A DNA stretch of 64,000 bases from Dimorphilus gyrociliatus (lineage: Eukaryota; Animalia; Annelida): assembly GCA_904063045.1 (NCBI GenBank), contig CAJFCJ010000011.1:1054001-1118000 (forward strand), given 5' to 3'. Positions 27,080 to 41,389 of the stretch are shown here, piece by piece. How positions within the stretch are numbered: position 1 is the stretch's first letter; each line of letters starts with the position of its first letter. A model generated the notes under the pieces. It was given only the letters and a program-made list of their open reading frames with translations. It searched no databases and was not told the DNA's origin. Position numbers and translations under genes: made by a program.

Positions 27080-28410
27080 ATGGCAACGTCTATGGATAGT
27101 TTGGTTGAAAACGGTCAAGAGATGTCAAATGCTCATTCTGATTCTTTAGACTCTTTCACAAAGATCGAGGAACAGATAAAAATTGAAGACGATGAGGAAA
27201 AGTCTTCTTTACTTGGAAATGAAGGTGGTTCGAAACAAGATAAAGAAGTCTTTCTTTTACATAAGAATGAAGATAAGAAAGCTATGAGTAGTGAAAGTTC
27301 TGTTGACGACTGGGATAGTGTGAAGAAAAACGGTATGGACGAACCAAAGAGAAAAACTCATACAGGTATATAATAAAATAGTAATTCTTGTAAATCTTAT
27401 TTACTATAGTTACGTCTGTGTATCTGTATACGTTTGTTTTCAATCGTGCATAGAAACACCAGCTTATCAGCAACAACAGCAGCCATCACCCATAAGAGAA
27501 AACAAAGGTTCACTCTTACGCCGACAGATGGCGCAACATAAATCATCAACAATGACCTTAAGCGGGGACGATTATATGACTCCAAGTCAAAGGAAGGATG
27601 AATTGATAAAAGAGTTAAGATTACAATTGAAATTATCTCAAAAGAGGGCCGAGGAAAGGGAAGAAGAAATCTTAACAAGTGACAGAAAAAGAGCCGAATC
27701 TATAGCGGAAGTGGAAGACGTTCTCGGAAGAGAAATTGAAACCATAAAAGTTTCTCATACACAATTGCAAGAAAAGTACGATCAATTACTAACTGTCTAT
27801 GAAGAAACTCTTCGGAAAAAAAAAGACATCGAAAAGTTGGTAAAAGAAATGAGAGTATGTAATAATACACTCATTTGATGCTCTAATTAAACGTTTCTTT
27901 CCCTTTTTTTTTTACAAAATGTGCAGATTGCTCAGGAGGAAAATGAAAAATTGCACCAAAAATTATACTATGAAATGTACCGCAAAGGTCAAATGTCAGT
28001 GGAATTTGAGAGACAAGTAGAAGTTAGCATTAGTAATTGAATTCATTAAATTATTACTAATAAGAAAATATGTCTAAATTTCATATTATTAGCTAGAGCA
28101 GTTGGCTCAAAAGGAACCGAATAAGGTTTCTGTGGACGAATTATTGGACAAACTAAAATTAACTGAAAGTGAATTAACGAAATGGCAGTGCTACAAACGA
28201 ACCGAATCATATGCTGAAGGAGAAAAGCCGGATACGGAAGCAGAAGCTCGACTTCGCTTCTTACGGGATTCAATGTATCATTTTTTAACCGACAATGATC
28301 GTAAAGACTCAGAACAACATCTTAAAGCTGTAGTTGGTATTCTGTCGTATACCGATGTTCAAATGAAAAGAATAACTAAAGCCATAAGCGATCGAAAGAA
28401 GGGAAAATGA
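27080..28410 (+). CDS. Coiled-coil protein with C-terminal GRIP-like domain (quick-to-court-like)
   Basis: Four exons (27080-~27365, ~27453-~27853, ~27928-~28023, ~28094-28410). It has a long heptad region, EMYRKGQ, and a C-terminal FLRDSMYHFLT..HLKAVVGILSY resembling GRIP. The qtc assignment is from memory of the family, not a database search. Confidence 0.75.
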
Positions 28411-28753
28411 GAGAACACTTTTTAACGAAAATTGCGAATTTATTACCTAAATTTTATTTCATTTCTCCTTATATTTTTTTAATTTTCTTAACACTTTCTT
28501 ATCCATCTTACTACTCTATTTCCTGTTTCCCCTCTCTCCATCTTTGAATTGCAACAAAGAGAATCTTTATTAATTAAGAAAGTCTTTTCATTCAATCTAT
28601 TCGTATATTTTTGATAAGAAGGAAGAAACTGTTTAATGTTAGTGTTATTGTAAAAAAAAGTTGCGAAATCTATCAACCCCCTGCGTACTTCCACCGGATA
28701 TACAGAATATAATTATATTGAAGCCTATAAATAAAGGAAAAAATATCTGTATT

Positions 28754-29743
28754 CTAATCGTAATTGAAATATGTTAGGCCTAAACAAATGACAAAGACAT
28801 ATATAGACATGATTTGATAACTCGAACTTCTCGATTCGGAACAGGAATCAATGCATTGACCTGACCGGACCTGGCATTGAGTCGAATTAACTCTCTGAAC
28901 CAGCTCTCCGGCAAACTTTTTTGGTGATGCACACTGAGCAATGGTACCTAATGAGATAGCATAAAACAAGTTCGCTGAAAGTACTGAACAATCGCAGTGC
29001 AGAGGATTTCCAGATAAATCTAGCAATCTAACAGACTCTACCAATTTCAATATGCACCCAACTGGTATTTGTCTGATGTGACTATGATCTAATCTTAATA
29101 TGCTCGTTTGAGGATCAATACCACAAAAGGAATCTTTTTCAATCTTTATGTCTTTATTGTTTCCTAAATTCAATATCTCAACCTTAACACCCTTAAAAGC
29201 ATCCCTAGGAATTTTGCTTAGACCTATTTGCCTTAGAGTTAGGGTGCTTAGAGATTCTAGCTTTCTTAAAGCAGGCGTCGGAATAAAACCCAGTTGGTTT
29301 CCTGATAAATCCAAAAATTTAAGATTCGTAAAGCCATCAAACCATTCAGGTAGAAAATTTGTAAAAGAATTAAATTTCAAGAGTAGTGTTGTCAGTTGAC
29401 GTAGAAGCTTCCCGAATCCAATTGGTAGTGTTTGTAGTAAATTATGATTGAGATTGAGAAATTTCAACTTTCTGCTCTTTTCAAACGTTTTAGTATATAA
29501 AATTGCTATATCATTAAAAGATAAATCAATCCTTTCAGCTTGAACATCCTCGAAACTGTTTTCTTTTAGTTCGCCTAGATGATTAAGTGACAAATCCAGC
29601 AATTTAAAAGTTGATGTCATTGTTATAAACATAGGTAAAGCTACAAGTCTTTGTGAGCTGCAGTCGATTGTCACTGAACCTCTACAAACACAGGGGCTTA
29701 CCGCAGGACAAAGTGCATCCTCGTACATTATCATTCGCACTTC
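28754..29743 (-). CDS. Extracellular leucine-rich-repeat protein (LRRNT, ~8 LRR, LRRCT) with hydrophobic C-terminus, probably GPI-anchored; 5' exon unresolved
   Basis: CPAVSPCVC cap, LxxLxLxxNxL repeats, GNPLHCDC...CASP cap, and C-terminal IMSIYVFVICLGLTYF. Acceptor AG at 29745-29744. Confidence 0.88.
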   Translation of the reverse strand, partial: EVRMIMYEDALCPAVSPCVCRGSVTIDCSSQRLVALPMFITMTSTFKLLDLSLNHLGELKENSFEDVQAERIDLSFNDIAILYTKTFEKSRKLKFLNLNHNLLQTLPIGFGKLLRQLTTLLLKFNSFTNFLPEWFDGFTNLKFLDLSGNQLGFIPTPALRKLESLSTLTLRQIGLSKIPRDAFKGVKVEILNLGNNKDIKIEKDSFCGIDPQTSILRLDHSHIRQIPVGCILKLVESVRLLDLSGNPLHCDCSVLSANLFYAISLGTIAQCASPKKFAGELVQRVNSTQCQVRSGQCIDSCSESRSSSYQIMSIYVFVICLGLTYFNYD

Positions 29744-32700
29744 CTGAAGTTAGATAAAGCAATTATGAATAATTGACGTTCCTTCGATATAAGCTGTACA
29801 AGAGGAAAAAATCGAACGTTCCTGTGAGAAGCACCATCAATTGAATAATATAGTTATACCGACTGAAACGACACCTGCACAAGATACGGGCGTCAAACGT
29901 TCTTGACCGTTCGAAGAACGTCCACATATAGACCTTCCTCTCTACAAGTTTCGTTTGTTTAGACTTTTTATCCAATCAAAATACGCTGTTTAAAAGAATA
30001 TAATTGAGTCAAGTATAGATTTTATACAATATGGCTTCTTTTATTGACTTGTCTCCAGTACTACAAGACGCTTAATTAGCTCATTGCTCAATATTTTATT
30101 ACAGATTCCCTCTCTTTAATAGAACTTTTAATACTCTTTTTGTCTGCCAATAAGAAATTACCGTGGTAACTGCATCTATTTCAGAACGACAAACGTAAAA
30201 AATCGAAATTTGTATTCATTTTTCTTTCTATTACTATATCACTTATAAACTGATGGAAGTATAACGCATATGTATTCATCATTTTCTTCCTTCATAAGAA
30301 CCTTTTATATGATTTCTATTACTACTGTCTCTATGTAATTTTCTATTTGTTAATCATCTATGAAGATTTCTGACCTCTTTTATATATCTATTGCAGTCTG
30401 CAAACTGTTACAAAACTTTATTTTCTGTAACATAGCTATTTGCGAAAAAATATAACATCTCTCCCAATTTCGTTACATTGGGCAAATTCAATAGCTTTTT
30501 TAAGGCGATAATATTTTCTGAGACTTGATACAATTTTTTAGTAGATTACGATTTTTTTTCTTATTAACACAGCATCCCTCCAGAGGAAATTTAATTTTGA
30601 AATTCTTTTTGCTGCTGCAGTAGTGACATCTGCAAATTCTCCATCTAACACTATCTTCTAATGGTAGATACCATCTATCGGGAAGTTTATTATAAATACG
30701 TGATGAAAACAAAAAGAAAATCTCTATCTTTTGTATAAGCTTTTTATAGGATGAGGTATACAATTGCGAACAATTACAACGTTGAAAGGAAGTACAGAGT
30801 GAAGGATTTTGTAAAAAGTTAACAAAGCCTATTGAATAATACAATTTGAATTTGTGAAAGTTAAATCCCTTTTGGGATGGAAGAATCAATTAATAAATCT
30901 CTGTTATCAAATAAGAGTAGCCGTTAGAGTAAATTGAGTTTATATATTTGCTTAAACTTGATTATAAAGGAAATAATCTTAGTCCGGCCAAATTCATAAA
31001 GCTTATTTCTTCTAAAGATTGACTGATGTATTTATTAAATTATCTAGTATAAATTTATATATTTAACAAGTCGCCTATGAAAAGAGATAAGACATAAGAA
31101 AATAATTCTTTAGAAGGAGTTACGAGTAATATAATTGTATTTTCTAGTAGAATTATGCGAAATAGCATCAATTTATTTTAGTAATAACCTTCTTGACCTT
31201 TTTTAGTATCCTGTTCCTTGTTTCTAATAATTAGTCGAATCTAATCAGGTAATGGTAATTGACCTAAATAAATCCTGCAACACGAATTTGTTTTATACCT
31301 GACTTCCTTTATTAACACAAAACGTAATTACACGAGGAGAAAAAACAGAGGTAAGTATTTCTTCATGCAAGACACCAATATATAAGATAGTCAAATATTT
31401 TCATATTTCAACAATCACAAGTATCAGATACGACAAATTTTAAGTGAAATATATAGAGTATACAGGATTCTTGCAATTTTTCATGACTTGTTATTGCTGT
31501 GAAAAGCCTCTCTTTAAAATAGACCATAAATGTTTCTAATCTATTACAAGACCGTATGGAATAATACAGAAAGGTTTTTTTATCCTCTTTGTTGTCATCT
31601 ATTTAATAGATTATGCATAAAGTTTTTCTTTCAACTAGACTTTTTCTCAACATTTTATTTTAAGCAACTAAACTGCCAAATCTTCTTAGAGAAAGATAAA
31701 CTAATATTAAAAACATAATAGTGTTAAATACCCTAGTTTCCAAATCGAAAATAGTTTAGATTCTCCTTAGAGTGAAGCTAACCAATGGTTTTAAAGTCTA
31801 CTACATATGAGTATATTATATATAGACTAAATGCAAAGACACTATTCTCATTCGAGAATCTTTTTAATATATTTACTCTCCATTTCGTAATAATGTTTCC
31901 TTGCGGTAATATTTTTGCACATGTATACAAGATTCTAACTACTTTATTATATTTTTATGTTCCATTTGAAAATTAAAATGATACCATAAAATTTCTTCTA
32001 AGACGTCTGTTTTTATGGCAATTTTAGAAGATGGACAATGATTAAATATCTATATTGATATTAAAATTATCTTCAAGTCATATATTATATTTCATCTTTT
32101 TACAACTAAAATATAAAGCTTACTATGGCGAATGTAAAAAGTAAAAATGTTTAGATAATAGATTATTTTTCTAATCAGTTGTATACTGTAGACAAACTTT
32201 AAATTTAGTACTTTACTGCAATCTTTATTACAATATACGTATAATAAAGTTACTCAAATTATAATTGCCTTTTCATTTGATGTAATTTCCATCCTCTGAA
32301 ATTATTTGTATTAGTGCAAAATATAAAGAGTTTTATGTTTAGAGGTTAGCCTAAAATGTTGTTGTTATTGTCAAATAGCTTGTAATAAATATATATATAT
32401 ATATTCTAAAGGTATTATTAAGACTCGTCGTCTTTTCTAAATTTGATCGAATTATAATTCTATCTTCAACAACTTTTATCACAGTATTTTCTTTTGTTTG
32501 GCTGCGTTTATTCAACCTTCCTTCTCTCTGCATTTGTTGCTATAAAATTATGTATCTTCGTAATTTAGAGTAACATATGTCTATATATAAAATATATATA
32601 TATTTTAAAACATCTTTAGATATTACGTTTATATCCCAAACATTGTACGTTAATGCATGCCTATAGGATATTATCCTTTTTGCTGCAGTGGGCAGTATTA

Positions 32701-32980
32701 TGTAATGTCTGCTTTCGCTTATTGTTGGTGACATAAGACCTATATTATATTTAAATATATATTGCATAGGCTGCAATAATAATGGATTTTCAGTATTTCA
32801 AAAGGCTTTTAAAGACGCCGGCGCCACCTAACCAGAATGCGATGTCTATTGGTACCCTTCGCTAACATGGCGTATTACACAAGGAAACGTAAGTGACTTT
32901 GCTTTTCTGATTATCATAGCAACCTTAATGTCAAGATTTTCTATTATTAATAAATAAAATATATGTATTCTCTAGTAAAC

Positions 32981-34934
32981 ATGAACCGATTAATAACTCT
33001 ATTCTGCCTGTTCACCTGTATAACTTCAATAGAAGGTACAGTACATCGATGTTATCCAATATCTATTCTTTTTCAATAAACATAGCAGGGTGACTTTTTT
33101 TAACTAAAATATTCTTAGAATATCATTTCCTTGTATTTCAGTCAGATATCTTCTTAAGCATATTCTTACCAATGACCAAGAAAACATACCTATACCGATA
33201 AAACTTTTTCCAGATATTGCAAATGAAAAAAATATGAAAAATTTTTTATCAAAGTAAATATAAGGCTTAAGAATCTATATCTATTTTTCTAATAGAACTA
33301 CTCTAATCCATTTCGTAGAAATAGATGACTTTATCATATTAATAATTGATTTTTTAAGTTTAACATACCCTTTGCCAAAGGAAAGGTACTACTGTTAATA
33401 ATCTTAAATAGCTTTTTGATGATAATTAAAAGGACGTTCTGAGTACAAGCTAAGAAATGTCAGCTAAGTCACTATTGATTAGACTTCTCTTGTTAATTGC
33501 TTCCGGCATTTAGGTTCTGTAAACATTTTATACAAAAAGAAATGATAAATTCGCCTTTTAAAGATATTATTTTCAAATCGTTTTACTGAAATATTAAGCA
33601 AAGAAGAGTAATTTTTACATTAGAGAGAAGGTTGAATTTTCTAAATATATACTACATATACAATTTCGAATTAGTCTTCTTCGGAATGGAAGAGAAGATA
33701 AACTTTAAATTTAACAAAATCCATTATATAACAAGATAATTCAGGAAAATACGACGATATATGTAAAATTAATAAATTTTTTATGATTAAATAATAATAA
33801 ACTCCATAGATTATTTCTAAAAGATGTTATTTATCATTTATTTTATGAAATTGATTTCTATCTATTTGTAATCGGACAAAAATGTAATGTACCATCTCGT
33901 CTAGATCCTCTTTATCTTCTCAAACATCATTAATTTCTCTTCTATCAAAAATTTTCTACATTACAACTTTCACTCAGTCTTTTTCTATCCTCTTTCCTCA
34001 TCTCTTTTAACGTTTTTTACTCTATCAAATTCATTTACTTTTATTGGCGATAATCACCTTTAAAATTTCTCGCTTTAGCCTTGATTTTACGTATTACTGA
34101 CGAAAATTTTGCTTTCTAGCCCTATTATGTGATGGTAAAGACATAATCTCATCTTGTATACAACCTGCCATAAGTTTTGATGAAAGAAAGTTGCAACAAT
34201 CTTGCTTGTAAGTGATAAATTCATTAAGAAATTTAAATGATCCGTAATTTTGTATATACTGTATGATCGTGTTTTCATTTCTTTTCTTATAACTATTTGA
34301 TAAGTTTCAAAATTCGATTGAACTGTGCAGAATGTATATTTTCTGCCTGGCTATTATATGTTGGATACTTGTATAACTGAATTAATTCACTTTTCTAATA
34401 CGAATTGTAGAGAAAGTTCGAAAAAGAAATGTACATGCTTCAATCGCTTTTGCAATGATAGAGATGCTTTCCTAAATATATCGACCTGTCTTCATAACGA
34501 TCAAACAAAGTTAAATAAATGCAAAAAACAGCTTCGATCGAATTTAAATGATATGAAAAATGCATATAAATCCCTGAGAGAAGTCAACCATAAGATAGGA
34601 GAAATACCTGAAAAGAGTTTCCTATCTTGCTGGTATTGCTATTTTACATATTTTGTATTATACAGTAAATATGTCAATATATTTTAATTTCATTTTTAAT
34701 AGGTCAAGAAAAATAGCATACAAATGTATTAGCAGGGATTTAAGAAAGAAAACTTGTAATCCTAAAACAACGAATTTTCTCAACATTCTGACGTTCTCGG
34801 ATGAGGAAGAGAAAAGTAAATGCAATCAAATCTATGAGCTATCTTCAAAAGATGTTAGCAAAATTAATGCTATAAAAGTGTCTATATTTCTTTTGTTCAT
34901 GAGTTTGTTGTTTGTTTTGGTTTTGTATCATTAA
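32981..34934 (+). CDS. Secreted/GPI-anchored cysteine-rich protein of unknown family (~200 aa)
   Basis: Phase-consistent exons 32981-33035 (signal peptide MNRLITLFCLFTCITSIE), 34120-34207, 34411-34632 and 34703-34934. It has about ten extracellular Cys and a hydrophobic C-terminal tail. An upstream 5' UTR exon is suggested by the donor near 32889 and the acceptor near 32975. Confidence 0.7.
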
Positions 34935-35530
34935 AAAATTTGCATATACAAATTATGCTAATAATATTCCAGTTAATAGATAAAAACATTGATTTTATAT
35001 ACGCTATATAAAATCCAAGTAGTTTAAGCAGGAAGAAGTTTTCTGTTTACATCTAACCATCATTTTTCCATGTCAAACTCTAGTTCTTTTGTAAACAGTC
35101 TTCTCCTATTCTTCTCTTTTGCAACGCCATCTCTTGGTATAAAAATTTTACGTCAAAATATTTTCGTTATGAAAATGATAATAACCTATTTTGAATTGTT
35201 GTTTTGAACTTCCGATAAATGAGTAAATAGAACAGGAGACAATCTATCGAAATATGATTGAACGAGGAAAGATCGTGTAAAGAATGAAAAGGGGATTAAT
35301 TGAAAGCGGCAACGTAAAATAAAAAAAAAATGGTTAAATGTCCGTTGATCCAAGTAAAGAATTTGGCTAAATGTTAACGAATTAAAAAGCGGCACTCGTA
35401 TCATATAGCCGGGCTAACAAGCGAAAATCGATAGCATATATTTATAAAAGTATTCAATCACATTTATTAATCCGTACGCCACCATTTGCCAACGTCGGTT
35501 CTATTTACGAATGGGATTTTCGAGGCTTTT

Positions 35531-37430
35531 ATGGCGCAATTATCGCCGATTTCGTCTGTCTTAATGATGCAGCAAAAGCAAGAGGTCGGACTCCTACCTC
35601 TACCTTTCGTCGGAGGGGATAAGGAAGAGAACGGCTGTAAAATGAAAGGATTTAACAGGAGAGCGGCGACTAAAGCTGTTAAACAAAGGTTATTTTGTAA
35701 AAAATAATTATTAAATATACAAAAAGAGCAAATTTAGATATTTATATAAAGTAAATATATAAAAAACTGGACGTTATATTTGTATTTATACATATATTAT
35801 GTGTGCATAGTTTATTGCATACCTATCTTATATAGTATATATATACATATCTATATATACTATACATATAGAAGAGGAGAGAGGATACTGTTTGACAAAT
35901 ATATAAATAAATATATCTACTATATGCGTATTATGTATAACACATTTGCAGTATAACATTTGGAATATGATACGTGATTTTGATAAATAGTATTTAGAAT
36001 ATATCTGGTCTCCAACAGAATATTCTTTTAATTATATTAAAGAGATAAAAAAAAGCAGTATACCTTAGCAACAGTTACTTTTTATAGATGGCACTTATAC
36101 AGATATATATTTAAAAATATTAAAAAAAAGAAAGGAATCTAATCCCAATCCCTTCTTTACTTTAAAAAATATACACAAAAGAATACTTTCCTGTTTATAC
36201 AAGATCTCATTATTAGGTTGTTATTCCCTTTCTTTTCTCTCTTGCATGTATATACAAAAAGTATAAACGTTCTTCAATATTACATTCGGATTGAAGATAT
36301 AAAATTATTCGATCTTTTTTCTTAGTAAACTAAAGAATGATTACTTAGGAATATTTAAAAAAAATTAAACCTATATTTAATCCATATTTACCTCTTCGTA
36401 ACAGTAGCATAATTGCAGAATAGATCTATCACTTTAAATTCTTCTGTAGAGATTACGTTAGCTCTTTTTGTAACAATTTTCAAATTATGATTATATTTCA
36501 ACTGCTCTACATTTTAGTTTATTAGCCATCAATTATCGTTTAAAGAAAATAGAAATAACGATTAATCACTATTTTATTTAAATAGGCATTAGTAATAATA
36601 ATAATAGTAATTTGTTTGTTTATTGATATAGATTGATTAAAAAGAGGGACAGGGATTTCTTGCCAAATGTACCAAGCTTATCCATAGGATTTTCATTAAG
36701 ATCTCTTCAAGGTCCCAATTTACAAGAAAGAATTGAAAAGTTTAAAAAGTGGCATGAAGGATTTTATATTGAAAAATTAAGTCAATTGATGCCAGAAGAA
36801 GAACCTCTTGAAAAGGAGGAAAAAGCTCAAGTTCAACATTATCGTTATACAACGCATACGCATTTACATCCTATTGCTTATACGTAAGTAGAAATGTCTA
36901 TATTTGGCTATATTCCTAGAAAAGTAGTCTTTGACTATACAAGAAACTTTTATTTAGTTTTGCAATGTAAAAAGTAATATTATATTCTTTATTAGATATT
37001 TCTTTCCAATTTCCTAACTTATCAATATTACAATAATTATGGTTCCCTTTATGTTAACAGCGAACGTCTAGACGAACAAATAATATGGGAGAAAAGTAAG
37101 GCAGAAGTCGAGTCCCCTCATCCCGGTCCAAATATCCGTGAAATTCCGCCACCTAGTGCTGGCACATGGAAAACTTGGCGAGGTGTTGACGATTCCTATG
37201 CTTACACGAATGCTCGAAGTTACATTAGCGAGCAAAACTTAATGCCACCAGAAAAGGAGAAGAGAATTCAGTTCTGGTTAGATAAAGTTGAAGAAAATAG
37301 AGAATTTTTCCAAATATATGACCCAAATGATCGTCCACTTGATACGGAAGAGGAGAAAGATGAAATTGATGAACACGATGAAATCGATAAGAACAGTATT
37401 ACCTACAGGGCGCTCCATAATTTGTTATAA
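35531..37430 (+). CDS. Hypothetical protein, three exons, no recognised domain
   Basis: Exons 35531-35688, 36632-36883 and 37061-37430 join with matching phase-2 GT/AG junctions into one open frame (...AVKQRLIKKRD...; ...HPIAYTERLDEQ...). The C-terminus is acidic. Confidence 0.6.
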
Positions 37431-39914
37431 AGTTATCATTGGAATGGACCCTATCAATCTTTTCCCTCTATTCCTATATTCTTACTCTAATTGACTCTCT
37501 TTTACTTTTCCCAATACTAATCAACGAGCGCTGAGTCAGAGGCAAAAGCGCATTTGCTTCTACCTACTTTCAAGGCTTACCTCGTCAAGGATCTCACCTT
37601 TAATAAATATAATAAAAGGAAATAACTAATAATTTTTGTGATATAAAAATAAAAGTAAAACGGTAAATAACAGCTGTAATCTTTAATGGCACTTATCCAT
37701 TCATAATTAAGCCTAGAGAATGAAAAAAGAAGTACACTAAGACGATAATCCTTTGAGGTTGTGTTCAACAAAAAAACATAAAACAGGGTGAGAAAGGGAG
37801 AGATAGAAATTAGTATAAAAAAACAAGAGAACATTTCATTTTAGCGTACAAGAGAACATGTGTAATGGGTCATTATTTTTTCCCTATTTTTCTAATAGTA
37901 ATCGATCTTCATTAACTACTCATTTGAAGTAAAGCAGAAGGAAGATTTTTCGAAAGACTTTTCCCCTGTCTTCATGTTTATCAATGTAATTTTTCGCCTT
38001 GAAATAGAATATATATAGAAATGGGTTTGATTTCAATGTCATAATTGCTATTTTCACTCTGTGTAATCGAAGATTATTATCAAATTTATACTCATTTCAT
38101 CATTGTGTTAATATTTATCAAATACGATTCTATAGATTTATTACCTATCATCTTTCCTTTTTTATCAGAGTGACAAATTTGGTATAACGTTTACCTATCA
38201 AATTTGCGTGATTTAGATTACAAGATTAAAATCTAGAAAGAGTATTGAAAAATTGCAAAGGAAGAAAAGAGTCTTTTGTCTTCTTTTTCACCAAAGTATC
38301 TCAATATTTAGGGGGGAAAATTGAGTGTGAAGATAAAAGCAACAAATATCTAAAGCTACTTGGGGTTGTTTCTAGGTTTTTATTAGAGGATCGAAGGAGT
38401 TTTTTACTAATCTAATTACTGTAAAATTGAGTCGTTCTGTGTCGATTGTACTCTTTTTATAGACTCTCTTAGGAATATCGAACCAATTGCAGAGTCTTCT
38501 GATAATATTTCAATTAAATGACTAATTAGCCTAATAATTCATATTCAAATGAGATCAGTTTCTAACGATTTTCCATGTCGATTCTCTTTTTTGGTTTTTT
38601 TGATATTTTCCCTTTTAGTTTCCGTTAATAAAAATACACCTATGGAACATCTTTAACGATAACCGATGTGTGTCACTGATAAATAGTCAGATCATAAATA
38701 ATAATTCCAAATGGAATATCCAATAGTAATTTCTCGGTTCCTTTACTATTTTAATTTCACGGTTTTCATCCCGTTCTCCTTTAAACGATTTTTTATTTCT
38801 TTTTTATAACGCCCTTCTTTTTCTTCTTGTTCGTTCCTTACTCATTCGAAATTCTTCAACTACACGTATAAATAGTCTAAGTTTTCCACCCCTCCCTCCA
38901 CACTCTCCTCCTTCTCCTCTATATACCTACTAACGATAGGATTAATTAGCCTGGTAAAAGTAACTGTTTCCTGGTATTCTTTGATATGAAGGGAAAATAT
39001 CTAAGATAAAACTTTAAATGAGATCGTTAATCATATTGAGTTGAGATATTTTAAATGAATTCTCTCTTTGATCAAAGTCAGCATAGCAACATCATATAAT
39101 ATTAGTCGCAATTTTCGATACGAATACCTTTTTTCAAGGTATACTCTCTTACATTTATACATTTATCAATTTTCTCAACAAAAATTTGTCGTTTTCTTGT
39201 GTCACTGCCCTCTTATTAATCCTACTTTTACCAAAAAAAAAAAACAACTCTAGAAACGACGAACCAGTAACGTAGCAATGTCACGCGAAGACGTTTGGCC
39301 GCTCAATGTATATGGGCAGATTTTATTGAGAAAAATAGACGCTTAATATCATGAATAATTTATAGCATAGTTTATTTTGAGGCGTTTATTTTTTGTTGGA
39401 TTTACTATGTATAAAATGAAAAATAGTCTTTGTAAAATATATTTCAGGCTCTTCCGATAGTATTAGTGAAATTGGAACTACATTTCACAATAAGAAAAGA
39501 GCATCAACCTAATTCAAGCATTCTCTTTCAAATTTCTTTGGCAATTCCATTAACAACTTCCGTTAGGCCTACTCAGCCGTAATACCGTACCTTTCAAAGT
39601 TACATATAGAGGGGGGAATGTCAAAGGTATTAGCCCATGCTGCCATCTATTTATATGGAACTTTTGAGGATATTAATGAACATATAATTATAGAGTGGAA
39701 GATATTGTTTTCATTATTCATTCTTTCGATTAATTGAAAAAAAATTATTTATTTTAATTTCCCTATTGATTATTATATCCATCTAACGTAATTATATTCT
39801 ATTGTGAAGCTCACCGCTTGACGGCAGAGTCGAATAGCGTCTCTGCATGAACGATTTTATTTTTTTCGTCAACCCTGTTCCTGTTTTCTTCTCCTTTGTT
39901 TACTGTACTCTATT

Positions 39915-41389
39915 CTACCACAAAACCCATTTACAATTTTGGTATCTAGCTGGTTTGAACGCTCTATTCTTTGCAGGTATATTGATGAGGCAGCAATCTA
40001 CCTGACGAAAATCTCCTTTTCCCAAATTGAACATTATTTTACTCTTTCCCGTTCTAGGATTGAATTTTTCCACAGAATTTACAGATGAAAAATCGTTATT
40101 GTCATTATCATTTACATCCTCAATCTGATATCCTCCAATTATAAATATTTTTGATCGAATTTGTACAATTCCGCAGGAGCACCTTGGTTCTCTCAAATAT
40201 TCATATTTCCTTGAAAGAGCCCTTTTAAATTCCATTGTTTTCATATTCTTTTCTCTTTCTTTTCTATCTTCTGTTGTTTTATTAGAAATATGAAGAATTT
40301 CAATTTCTTATTTGCAAAAGAAAAAAATGAAATAATTAGCGCTCCTTTAATTAGTTTTCGTCTAGTTTTATTAATACAAGAACGCATTTAAAAGGATCTT
40401 GTAATGAGTGGGAACTAATCTTTTGTAACGTATGACAAAGGTTTAATGCTTAAGGATTTCGCAAGCCTATTTCAAAACGGATTAAGAGGTTCTAGAAACT
40501 TACTGTCAGAAGTAACAGGTGAATCTTTACCCTTTAAACCAACAGTCGGCTGAAGGGCGGTTAAACTATCAGCTTCAGTCGTAACTTCGACCTGCTTAGC
40601 CTGACTTATGCCCATAAAAACTCCACCAAAATAATATATTTTACTTTCGAATGCGCAGACGGATAATCTGGTTAAAGAGTTCCATAATCTAACCATCTCC
40701 CCTTTCCAACTGACCAACTTCTTCCAGATATGTACAGAACAGTTTTTCTTCTTTTTACTACTTGATCTCACTTCTGTTTTCTCAAGAACCCAAATACTGT
40801 TGTTACTGTCAAGAAAACCGTGAAAATCACACGTTCCACCTGCACTATACAATACATTATCCATTTCAATTGCACAATGATCAACACAAGGATAGGGTAA
40901 ACGATCTTCCCTTTGCCAGTCGTCTAAAACTGGTTCATATGATTCGCACGAATCTGTCAACTCAGATTCTCCCACTAGTCCCCCAGATACAAATATTTTA
41001 CCATCCAAAATTGAAGCAGTATGCCTATAATGATCACAAGATATTTTATAATTAATTCATTAATTAATACTTTTATTAAATTTCTTCCCTTTTCATTACC
41101 TATGTCTAGCCTTTGTCATGGAAGCCATTTCGGTCCAATTACCATTAATAACATTGTATTTAAAGACTGTATTAACTATTTCACCACTACTGCATTTCTT
41201 ACCACCCGTAACGTAAACGCAATTATCCAATACACAAACTCGGTACCCAGTAAGATCCTTTAAACATTCGCAATCCGTTAAATATGACAATTTAGGCATT
41301 AGTTCATCAGTCTCCTCATCAACTGTTAAATAGCCGATGCTGTCGGATGCTACCGAAGTTGTAAAAATTAGTACGAAAGTACTTGACAT
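39915..41389 (-). CDS. Kelch-repeat beta-propeller protein (no BTB domain seen)
   Basis: Repeated GG..(V/Y)..Y/F.P...W motifs (VYVTGG, IFVSGG, LYSAGG, IYYFGG, IFIIGG). Three exons, about 41389-41100, ~41024-40532 and 40270-39915. Confidence 0.85.

Noticed and set aside
30500-30889. 129-aa Cys-containing ORF upstream of the LRR gene
   Set aside because: It has no signal peptide, motif or consistent splice model. It may hold UTR or first exons of the LRR gene, but this is unsupported.
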